DNA of 58,495 nucleotides, the filler included, from Asterionella formosa (taxonomy: Eukaryota), in the NCBI GenBank assembly GCA_002256025.1. It is 5 parts of 5 records of this genome, joined end to end, with 100 filler letters (N's around TTAATTAATTAA, not from the genome) between each part and the next. Parts side by side here need not be neighbours in the genome. Positions count along the whole stretch, not along the records: positions 23,453 to 35,073 come from NKIB01008293.1; positions 35,174 to 46,787 come from NKIB01008302.1; 3 more parts are not named here. One strand, given 5' to 3'. A program made the position numbers and the translations under genes. Shown here in pieces: positions 24,497 to 35,989 of this stretch. Under the pieces are notes generated by a model. The model worked only from the letters and a program-made list of their open reading frames with translations, was not told the DNA's origin and ran no database searches. Each line of letters opens with the position of its first letter. The stretch's first letter is position 1.

Positions 24497-26570
24497 ATGG
24501 CAATGTATTAAAGGGTTCCTGTCATTCCTTTGATCAAAGATTACAATGTATTGACTATCAAGACTAAAACATTCAGAGTTGCTTTAAGCGGTAGAAGGTT
24601 TGAATTGTTTGATCAAGATATAATCGATGGAAGCTCTGTGGAAGCATTGTTGATTGGAGTGAATCAATTTCGAGACATGGCTAACACATGTGCCTTTAGC
24701 CCTGCAGATACCTTTTCCTACTTTAGAAGGTGTTTGACCGACATTGCCTTATCGGATTGATTGAATGTGGAAGTACATCCAGAAGATCAATCCTGCGATA
24801 GTTTCGATGAAGCAATGTCTTTATGGTTAGACGATCGTTTGCCAAACGAGAGTTTGAAACGTCAATGGATGCTGTGCTACTTGTCTAAACCCTTTTCTAT
24901 GTGGGAATGGATTTCGGAGCTCGTATTAAACTTTGAACAGGCTATTTCAACTAATTCCTCATCCAGAAGATCAAAACGGATTGTCAAAAGAAGATATGCG
25001 GATTATCATCATCCGTTCTATGCCTGATGAGTGGCAACAAGAGTTTGAATTGAATCATGCTAAAACTTCAGATCAATCCATTCGCTCGGTTCTCGCTTTC
25101 TTCGAGAGTCAACAATTGTTTGAGGATCAAAACAAGCACCTTCCCATGAAAATTTTTCAAACAATCACGCAAAATCATCTTTGTATTGCTGAAGGCAATC
25201 GTGTGATGCGTCAAGAAAACGAGTGTGTCAGTCGTCAATTCTACATCGATAATTTTACTCCAAGTGGTCGTGGAAGAGCGCGTGCTATTGTCAATGCAGC
25301 CGGTCGCGCATGGGATCGTCAGGCAACTGTTTGTCATCAAGCTCTACAAGCCAGTCGTACGTACCATGATTATCGTGGCCCTTGCCCGGTACATCCTGAA
25401 GGTACACATACTTGGAGCAATTGTTTTCAGAATCCTCGTACTCAATGTGGTCGAGCAGGTCGCATGGCTGGTCGTCCATAATGGACGTGGCTGTTCCAGT
25501 TTCGGTAGATGAGGACATTTTGGTGGTCGTGGAGGCGGTTCACAGAGTAATCCTACGGAAAGCTACCGTACTGACACTGCTAACCCTGCGCCTGTTCCAC
25601 ATGCTTGTATGTTAAATACATGAGGTCGTAATACTCATCCATCCGATTGGGGTACCGTGCCTTGTGCCGATCCTACCGAGAATACATCGGCCCAGGAAAT
25701 TTCAGTGGTCACAAACCCTCCTGCTGGTCAGATGGTGACTTTTGTCCCTACTACACAACAGCAGATTGCTGATCGCCATTACAGAGGTATGTGCGATAAT
25801 AGCGATGCTTTATATAATGACTCATAGAGTATATCTCATGTTAGTCATCACCTGGATAATATTATTTATTTACAGGTTGAATACACTATGAATACCGCTG
25901 TTGCTGTAACGCAGGACATATATAAATGCATCGATGGACATGACGTTCCACATACTACATATCAGGGCCCAATTCCGGTTTCCTGTTTTACTTCTAAGGA
26001 TATATTAATGATTCCGATGTCTCTTGTAGCGCCACGATTGGTGGATGCTATGCCTATGCCTATGCCTATGCATAAAATACTACAAGTATTATTTGATAGT
26101 GGAGGATCCTTATCCTTAATACAAAAACGGGTTATGCCTCAAGGTATTTCTTTGTCTAATGAGACTTCCCAATTAATACATACCATAGCTGGTACTTATT
26201 CATCTCGTGCGAGAGTTATTTTATATGACCTGATTCTACCTGAATTTAATCGATCTGCTCGTGTTTTAAAACAAAAGTGTCAAGTTTTTAATGGTCTATG
26301 CACATTTGATGCTATTTTAGGACGTGATTTCCTTTGTCAAGTTGGTTTAACCATTGATTTCGTAAATAACACCATGTCCTGTATGGATATGACTGTTCCT
26401 ATGCATTCTCTCACATTCTTTGATGATGGAGAACGTTTACGTGATGTATTATTATGTTTTGATGCACCTATGATTGTGGAATTTTCTTATGCGCTGCAAA
26501 TTAAAGCTGCTGAATATAATTATGTGAATATTGATACAGTGGTGAATAAACAGATGCATTTATGTCCCTG
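24497..26570 (+). mobile_element. Degenerate Ty3/Gypsy-like LTR retrotransposon: gag and aspartic protease remnants
   Basis: Gag-like SMPDEWQQEF and zinc knuckle CPVHPEGTHTWSNC; protease motifs LFDSGGS and DAILGRDFL. Multiple stops and frameshifts. RT absent. Confidence 0.75.
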
Positions 26571-28045
26571 TCCCTGTCGTTTTGCGTGTTTCCTTGGACT
26601 TGGAAAGCTTCATAAAGTAGTGGAGTGTAGTTGAGAAAGCCAAAAGACAGAAACGATTTTGAGGAACCACTAAGAAACGTCAGGACTGCAATGGGGTCAT
26701 TGCAACCTGATAACCATAAATTTGCGAGCGCATGACAAGAAAGTGGGCACTGGATGTGCAGAAATTCGACTGGCGTCTTCGGCTTTAGAAACCGACCTGA
26801 GCTATTGCTGAAGGCAATACACGCCCGAGGTGGTCTCTTGCCTGCGAGTATACATGTGTTCGAGGCTGGAATGGCACTCGTAGGGTGACCTTCTTGCATT
26901 CTGCCAGTACCGGCAGTCATCTAGTCTACATATGTACGTGGTACTGAAAACAACCATGCATGCTTTAAGCTATACTTTCACACTTACTTTGAACACGTTA
27001 TAATATTATCTCTGTAGACTCGGTATTATTTTTACGAGACCTGAATGTTAAATTATATCAGTCACACATTCATTGATTTTACGTACCGTATGTCCGATTT
27101 CGTCCTCACAAATATAGTTCTCACTCTATCTTGCCTGCCTTTGCTCTATTCGGGCTTGCAATAGGCAACATTCGTCTTTCTTTGATCCCATCTTCTGCTG
27201 CTTGTTATGATAGTTGAAGCGGATCGGTGAGTACAACAGTGAAACACTGAATGTTGATTGTAGATCGTATTTATCGACTTTCCAATTTGATTGCTTCTGT
27301 GGTTTATTTTGATCGCTTCCGTCTTTGTTTGTAGTTCCGCACTGTCGTTTTGTTTCGAATTTATGTATCTACATAAGGACCAATGCATTTATCAATGACT
27401 AGTCATTGAAGATGTGGTATTGTGCCGTTGTTGATTGTATTTGTTGATTTGTATAGTCGTTGACAATGATGTCAATATTGCCACCAAGCAATGCTTTTCC
27501 TTTACTAGCGCGCTTTGCTACATTTCTACTACAAGTTTGTATCAGAAGCTACATGACGAATACTCAGCTAGAGGGAGTCGATAGTGCTGAAGAAGCCTGG
27601 CGATTATGCTCAATCAAAATGGATTGGAATGGAATGATGATCAGGGTTGTTTGGTGGGAGGAACGAGGACTGTGGGCGGAAGGACTGCAACTTGTGTCAG
27701 GCTCGCTCCTACAGCGATATGCATGGTTACAGCAAGCAAATCATCTACGCTTCATAACGATGTAGGTCAAGATTGGGTTCAGCTTTTTCCCTTCTTATTT
27801 CGGTCGTTGATTGTGTGGTGATGGAAATTCAATTGCCTGTGTAAGTACTACAACGTCACTATGCATACATCTCCATTGAAACTCTTATTTTTTAATTCAT
27901 TTCTAACCCAAAACAATTTTTTCTATTTCTCATTTGACGCTATTTATTACATTGCATTTCATACTTTGGTTGCTCCAAAAATCATGTTCAATTTTCATTT
28001 ATGTTTCATGTTACAATCATTCTCGTGTGTTTTACGCTTGTAGTA

Positions 28046-28650
28046 CCAGTAAAAAACTGCCATGACCCATTGAGAATATTTTTGAACTGCCGTGACACAT
28101 TGAACGCAGAATAACACGTTTTGCAATCAAAACTTGAAAAAAATATAAATTTTGAGAGTTCTGGATCCTTCCCGAGCATATAGGCTAGTCAGCTATTTAA
28201 ATTTGCTTGAGATTTGGAGCAAGGTTTTCATCTTGATAGATTGCTTGAAATGGTCGATCGACCGAAAAACCATGAAGAACACGGATTAGGGTAAGTTTAG
28301 AAGTCACCGCATCATATAATATACGAGGATCGATATAAAAATTTCGATATTGATTTGAACCTTCACCTCATTTGCGACAATATAGTATATCTTGTCTTGG
28401 TATTGACTTCTATGGAGATGGCAAATTATTTAGGCGCACAGCATCATCATGCAAATGCGTTATGTATGATTACGGGTGTACCAGGTAGGGAGTACATGCC
28501 AGGTTTTCATCGCACCTTTCTAATAAAACTCATGACAAGTGCTTTAACACATGACCTAATCTGTCCTTGAAAATGTATATAAATTTATATACATTTATCA
28601 AGAAAAATGTATATACCTCCGTGACACATTGAAATCACTTTTTAGCTGTT
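28046..28650. mobile_element. Truncated member of the CCAGT.AAAAACTG TIR family
   Basis: Left end TA|CCAGTAAAAAACTGCCATGACCCATTG, with internal repeats ccgtgacacattga near 28090 and 28619. Same architecture as 18621-19703. No right TIR found. Confidence 0.5.
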
Positions 28651-30483
28651 TTAACAATGAGTTGTTAAAAGTCGGTGCACTGCATTGTATGTCTGCGTTG
28701 ATATTGTTCACTGTGCGACAACTGTTGTAAAAATCATCGAAGGCAGGGTAGTTGATATAAATGGGTTGACCACGAAGAATAGCGTGACGGATTTCTGGGT
28801 TGTGGCTGATGTCTGCGACAGCTGCAACCGTGGTTGCAGCTACCTGGAGAATGTAAGGTACAGCTTTGGGTATGGCTTGAAAGCTGGTGCGTCTGGGGGC
28901 ACTGGCGGTAACATGGTAAGTCATATCGACCATGCTAGACAAAAGTTTTGTCAATGCAGACACCTGTGAGTTTGGAATTGTTGAAGGTGTTCTGGAAAGT
29001 GTTCGGAGTAAGATTAAAAAGTTAATCAATGTTTTTACAACTGATTCGATGGAGTCGTCCCCTAAATTTTTGTATTGAATGTTTATAGTTGACTTTGTTT
29101 GGTGGTGATCGGCTTCGTTTGCTTGTTCATCCAAAGTGAGCCTTGTTTGGTGTTCCATTAGTTTTTGGCAACCTGCGGCGTGATCTGCATGAGGGCATGC
29201 CATCATGTGGTGTAGTGTGATTGGACCGTTGAGGACGTCTTTGGGTGATTGTGCTTGTACTAACTCATCTAAAGTTGCAAGTGAGCAGGCTTTCAGTTTC
29301 CCCACCGTGGTGTTGTTTATAGCATGGATTGCGAGTTCGGCAATTCGCCAGGGACTGGTTAGGTCGGCTCCTGCGCTCTGGAGGGACCTTGTTGTTTGAG
29401 AAAGGAGGCGTCGGAATTGTACGACGGCTGCTGTGGTGGAGGTGGTGTTGAGGACCTCCCGAAATTGGGGGTTGAGTGGAGCATATGTTATAAGATACCC
29501 TCGATCGTTTGGGTTACAAGGTTGGTTGTCTACTTGGCGGAATGCGAAAACATTATATGTTGCAAGCCTGTCCAGTTGGTTTTGGATGTTTGTTGGTTGA
29601 TTTTGGTATTGTTGGCCAAGAAGAGCTTCAGTAGGGAAGGGGTTAGTCATGGGGTTGCTGTTGGCATATGGATGTGATTCGGGTGGAATAGTAGTTGTTG
29701 TGGAGTATCTGCCAGCTGGTATGGGACTCCAAACTGGTAGTGGAGGTTTGCCAAGGCTTGCTGGTACGCTATTTTATGGTGGTCATCATGGTTTGCGGTA
29801 TGATAAGCATTGTTGACTTGGGGATTGAGGGGGCTGGGTATTCCAGAGAGCCTTGGGGGTGGTTGGTGGTAGTTGTTGGTGTTGGTCTCGGTGTACTAAT
29901 GTAATGGTTGTGGGTAGTTTCGTTGCTGGGAGACGTGGTTGGAAGGGTGGAGTTGATGTGTTGGAGTGACTGTTGGGGGAGGTGCTGGTGGTGTGTATGT
30001 GTTTGCTGTTGGATTGGATGTTGGGTACGGGAATCCTCTGTTTTGAAAAGGTGGATCTTCATGCACCAATTTTTGGGTTGGGGTTGCTGGTGTTTGGTAG
30101 TAGATCCGTTGGAATTAATACTATGGCTCAACGGGTGCTGGGTTGTGACCAGTGTATTCCACAATATCGTCCTCCGGGTCAGAAATTACGAAATCTGATG
30201 TGTCAGTTTGGAATCTGGACTGGTTGGGGGGTGCGAGATGTTGAAGTGGAGGTAGAATGAGAATCTTCTTTCTTGGGATTGGTGGTGTGAGGAGTGGTAA
30301 CATTGTTGGTGTGGTGGTTGGTGGATGGGGTGTATCCTCTCCAGCTCCTGTTGCATTGAGATTGTCTGGGTTGGTTGTTTTGGTGCTGGGGTAGAATTCC
30401 GCCAAATGGTCGTTAGAAATGTTGTCAAGTGAGCTCTCGTAGATGGCTCGGTTAAGAGCGGATTTGCGGATCCAGTCTGCCAT
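28598..30483 (-). pseudogene. Frameshifted long ORF with an A/C-rich sense strand, possibly a retroelement gag/ORF1
   Basis: ORF pieces 30121-30483, 29769-30164 and 28598-29650 lie on the same strand with a P/T/N/Q-rich N-terminal part. The 3' end runs into the TIR element. No diagnostic motif recognised. Confidence 0.4.
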
Positions 30484-32149
30484 GGTTTGGCAGAGAAGAG
30501 TGAGCTATTTTGTTTTTGCTGTGGTATGAAGGACAGAGGGGCGGTTTGCTTCGTTTGTGTGGAGACTGGAGGTTTGTTGGGGTTTTGTTGCGATGATTGC
30601 GTTTTTTACTCACCATTTCACATACTTGTGTTTTACAGGAAGGATAGGGTTTTCGATGTGCAGGGAGATCTCCTTGGTATGTTCATGGAGGTAACGCCAG
30701 GCTGCCACAAGATAGTGGAGGGGGGGGGGGGAAATCGTCGTCATCTAGCTAGTGTTCCTTCAGGTGGGAATGTATGTGGAGCATCTAAAATGGCTATGGT
30801 TGGAATAGAACCAAAGAAACCTTCAAGATCATGGAGTTCTACTGCATCAGGCGGGGTTTCAGAGGCAGAGTGGTATCCTGGCCAACCATCGGGGTTTGGA
30901 AGGCTGGTTGGTGTTTTCTGTAATTTGAAATGGGCAATGACATTGGAAATGAGGTCAATGACTTGGAAACATGACTGGTGTGTCAACTGCGTCAATGTGG
31001 CCACAAGTTCCCACTCCACTTAGTAACAACATACCAATGAAAACAAGTCGGCAGTGTGTGTACGCACACGCCAAGCAGGTTTGAGGCAACGGACAGTTCC
31101 AACATGCAAATGACGATACGAATATCAAATATTTCCTACAAGTACACAAAAATGAAGAGAGACACTTGCTTTCGCTCTCTTGATGGTATCAAAGATGCGG
31201 ACAAGTTCAATAGTAAATACAAGTACAGCATGCCAAATGCAGAAACGAGCGACATGAAAAAGAAATTGTAATCAGAATCATTCTATAACTATAGCTATGT
31301 GGACAGTAGTCTGTTACGAAAATTTTCGTATCTCCTTCTATGCTGAATCTCAATAGTAGATGTAGTATCATGTGAGAATTGAAAATGTCAACGAGAATAA
31401 GTAGAATGTGTTTGTTTACGGGTTGATTGGCGAGATTGTAATGCTGGTGGTCGACGAAACGGATTCACAATGTGCGCTGTGTGCAGAACCATTACGAGTT
31501 CAAATGATTTCTTCTCTGTAAACTCTTAATTAAATGATTATGAACAAAGGTTCACTGCACATGACGATTACTCAAAGATATAATGATCACATGACCAGCC
31601 AACAATCGAAGACGTCGTTATTGCAAACAATCATTCCACTTGTCATCGCTAGAATTTCGTTGTTGTTGCAAAAATCAGAGTGATGACAGATGAAAATGAC
31701 GAGCCAAATTACATTACTTCAGCTGGTACATTATCCTACCAAGAAATTCGAATACAGGAATCTAATAGAAACAATACTTATAAAAATTAAATAGTATATG
31801 TAGTCAAAAGGGTTACTATTTAAATTACAGTGGCATTTATCAAAATTATTAGATGAAACAACGAAAAATTATGATCAGGTGATCACAATCTTATGATGCA
31901 TCATGGAAATATGATAGTTTTTATTTGCAGACGGATTTATGATGTCAGGCAAAAAGCCAGAGCTTATAAACCTGCCAAGGAGCTGGTTGGGTGTGATCTC
32001 ATAGCAATAATTATCAGCATATTGCCATGCTATGGAAAGACATTGTAATGATGGCAGTGTGCATAATGTATTAAGCTAGCTAGCCTGCTTGGTACAATTG
32101 TTACCCGTCCTCAACCAGATAATCTTGGTGTTCTAAGTTCGGATATGAT

Positions 32150-34090
32150 TTAGAATGAGTTACTATCAATATATCATTCATGCAACCAGAAACATTCTCC
32201 AGATGATGTCAATGTATCAATTCATCACAAAAACAACACCATTTCGTAATGATGGATTCCCAATACTGATTCCCCTATATCTCCACTATCAATATTCAAT
32301 CAACCCAAATTTGGTAATGATTTTTTCCCAATACTGATTCCCCTATAACTTCATCAATATTCAATCAACACACCATGTTGAACGTCTCAGTTAATCGGCA
32401 CGTAGTATAGAACATCCTTCAGATGATGTCACTATATCATAACACACCATTTGGTCATGATGGCTTCCCTATTCTGATTTACCTATAACTTCATCAATAT
32501 TAAATGAATGCATCATGTTGGACCTCTCAATTCATTGACACATATTGTAGAATAAGTTACTACCAATATGTCATTCATACAACAAGGAACATCTTCCAGA
32601 TGAGGTCACTATGTCATTTCATAAGAAAACAGCACACCATTTGGTAATGATGGTTTCCCAATACTGACTCCCCTATAACTTCATCAATATTCAATAAACA
32701 CACCATGTTGAACGTCTCAATTCATTGGCTCATAATATTGAATAAGGTACCATCAATATGTTATTCATACAACAAGGAACATCCTCCAGATTAGGTCACT
32801 ATGTCATTTCATAACGAAACCACACCATGTGGTAATGATGGTTTCCCTATTCTGATTTACCTATAACTCCATCAATATTCAACTTAAGCATCATGTTGAA
32901 CGTCTCAGTTCATTGGCACAAAGTATAGAATAAGGTACTATCAATATATCATTCATACAACAAGGACCATTCTTCAGATGATGTCACTATATCATTTCAT
33001 AGAAAAACCGCACCATTTGGTAATGATTGTTTACCAATACTGATTCACCAATAAATCTATCAGTATTTAGCCAAGGAATCATGGTGAAACGTTCCTTTTT
33101 ACTGACACAAAGTATAGAATAAGGTACTATCAATATATCATTCATGCAGCAAGGATCGTCTTCCAGATGATATCAATATATCATTTCATAACAAAACCAC
33201 ACCATTTGGCTGGTTATGATGGTTTCCCTATTCTGATTTACCTATAAGCAACTTCATCAATATTAAATGAATGCATCATGTTGGACCTCTCAATTCATTG
33301 GTACATATTGTAGAATAAGGCCCTATCAATATGTCATTCATACAACAAGGAAAATCTTCCAGATGAGGTCACTATGTCATTTCATAAGAAAAACAGCACA
33401 CCATTTGGTAATGATGGTTTCCCAATACTGATTCACCTATAGCTAACTCCATCAACATTCAACCAACACATCATGATGAACCGTTACTTTTAACTGGCAC
33501 AAAGTATAGAATAAGGTACTATCAATATATCATTCATACAAAAAGGATCGTCTTCCAGATGATGTCAATATGATATCATTTCATAACGAAACCACACCAT
33601 TTGGTTATGATGGTTTCCCTATACTGATTCCCCTATAACTCCATCAATATTCAAGCAACGCATTATGTTGAACGTCTCGATTCACTGGCACATAGTATAG
33701 AGTAAGTTACTATCAATTTATCATTCATGCAAAAAGTACCATCTTCATGATTAGGTGTGTCGGTATACAATTCTATATCAAGAATGCCGCACACCTAATC
33801 CTTGCTACTGACTCTTCTGTATCTCTATCAATATGCATTCAATGTATGATGTGGAATGATTCAATTTACTGGAAGATATTGTACAATAAGTTACTATCAC
33901 TATGCAAGTCACTGGAAGATGATAGTATACAATAAGTTACTACCAAGCAATAGCTATGTCATTCATGCAATTAGCACAATATTCTATAGCTTTGATGTCA
34001 CCACAACATTTTATATCAAAGCAACACAATTTTGCTAATGATTGTGTCCCACTACTGATTTTCATATAACTTTGTTTATCAATATACCAC
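32150..34090. repeat. Satellite array, ~190-bp monomer, about 9-10 diverged copies
   Basis: Anchor aataaggtactatcaatat recurs near 32155, 32551, 32741, 32929, 33118, 33315, 33510 and 33700. The array decays at the right end. Confidence 0.92.
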
Positions 34091-34546
34091 AAATAGTAGC
34101 CACTTGAGGTTGAAATTAATGTATACCAAATCTTCCTTGATTTCGTACTTTTTAAAACCATGGGAAGGTTTTTGGGATACCGGGTACTCTCACTCATTAA
34201 CATGGCTGGCTCACTCATTAACTACATTGCATTTATCTTAGTCATCACCACTGTCTATCAAATATTTTACATGGTTTCATGTATGTATAACATGTGTACC
34301 AGTATTTATACAAAAATTTTATATGGATGGTGTCTTTTGCTATTTATTTTGGTTTCCGATGACGTCATGAAATCTATCCCTATCCCCAAATTTGGGCAGA
34401 TTAGGGTTGGGGTTTCACAATATCTCCACGACCGGTTTTATTACATCACTAAGCGTGCTCCACAAAACCCGAAAAGTACGTGGAGATATTAAGAGGTTTA
34501 CGGTACAGTAAACCCCTGAGATAGTATTCCTCATGGCTGAGCAATC

Positions 34547-35073
34547 ATGTTCGGCTCTTTCCTTGATATCATCGATTCTTCGCGAGGTTCGTTGTTGCGC
34601 TCATCTTGGGCCGAGAGGGCAAGTATCCGTGGCAGGCGGTCCTCCAAATTAGTAGCTTTTTCCGCACTGCTAGTAGTGATTTCCTTCTGTTATGGTCAAT
34701 TGTTGTTGGAGGTAGAAACTGTTGAAACATCCAAACAAAGAAGCGAATATGAGCCTGTCGTCCCCATCGGCAGTATCAGTGCTGCCTTCGTCTACTTGGG
34801 AAATGAGGAACACTTCGGAGCCTATCGGGGTGGAGAAAGCTGTCGCAGCATTTATGATTCACTCAAGTCGCTCTCGCTGCATTTTATCCCTGCAGACGAC
34901 AGCAGCAAGACTTTTCCATTGATGGATTTGTCTGTCATTCTACTTTATGACGGTGAACTCTCTAATTCAACACGACTCGCTCTGACAAACGCCAGTCCCT
35001 TTCCTCTATACTTTCACGAAATTCTCTTCATTCAACCAAAAGATGAAAAGTGGGCCGATGAATCCATCGTTAG
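34547..35073 (+). CDS. Second GT15-like glycosyltransferase paralogue; 3' end truncated
   Basis: Near-identical translation to 23453-24094 (MFGSFLDIIDSS...FPLYFHEILFIQP) with substitutions and two single-codon insertions. Confidence 0.72.
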
Positions 35074-35173
35074 NNNNNNNNNNNNNNNNNNNNNNNNNNN
35101 NNNNNNNNNNNNNNNNNTTAATTAATTAANNNNNNNNNNNNNNNNNNNNNNNNNNNNNNNNNNNNNNNNNNNN
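35074..35173. other. Artificial contig linker
   Basis: N44-TTAATTAATTAA-N44. Confidence 0.98.
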
Positions 35174-35420
35174 TGCCCTTCAAATGTGGTGGGGTGCTTA
35201 TGTACTTTTCAACTACCAAGGCTTCACATTTAATGACTTTCTAATCTCAAATTTTGCTCTTTTATTCGCCCCTTTGGGTCTTGTTGCTGCCTTTCAAGGA
35301 ATAACTGACAAAAACGAGGCAATGAAGAGTGCTGGACGAATTTTTTACTTGTTGGACAGGAAAAGTGAGATCGATCCATTGAGTGAAAAGGGTAAAAAGT
35401 TGGGTCAAGGTGAGAGTTAG
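35174..35420 (+). CDS. 3' end of an ABCB (MDR/P-glycoprotein-type) transporter transmembrane domain; 5' end truncated
   Basis: WWGAYVL...FALLF...A..SAGRIFYLLDRKSEIDPLSEKG matches ABCB TM5-TM6 and the TMD-NBD linker. Confidence 0.75.
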
Positions 35421-35989
35421 GGTAGGGTTAGGGCAAAGGGACAACGCCACTAGGCGTCCTCCCAATAGATCATCCAGCCCTTCTAGGGCTGGACCTGTAA
35501 CTGTAGCACACAGTATGACTAATCCTACAGATGGAAACTGGTATGAGAATGAATGTGTAAGTACCGGTTGTTTGTTTTTTTGATATGAATTTGTAGAAGG
35601 GCACTGTGTGTACTTACCAGAGTGATGGCTATTTAAAAATGGTATTCATTATTATAATGTTATGCATGTCATATACATATATATATAATTCGCATTCGCA
35701 TTCGCGGGTGCGTCATGAATGACATGGTGGAGTGGCAATATTTGTTATTACTTTTTGGTATGGTTTTGCAATTCCGTGGGCACGGCAACAGTTGCAACAT
35801 GATGATATGGTTTGAAAATTTGAAAAATGTAATTGGTGTCGGTACGAAAAAGATGTTCATGTCATATTTGAAGATGAGTTGGGTTCACTGAATTGAGTAA
35901 AGACGTTGCCATTTGGACAAGAATTGAATGAGAAACAATGGACGGTGTGATCGTCATGGTGTGTTTGTTTTTGATGTCAATGATAATGG

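Noticed and set aside
35417..35433. True telomere, or a telomere-capped Penelope element
   Set aside because: Only about three imperfect units, internal to the contig, and on the wrong strand for a telomere cap at the PLE 5' end.
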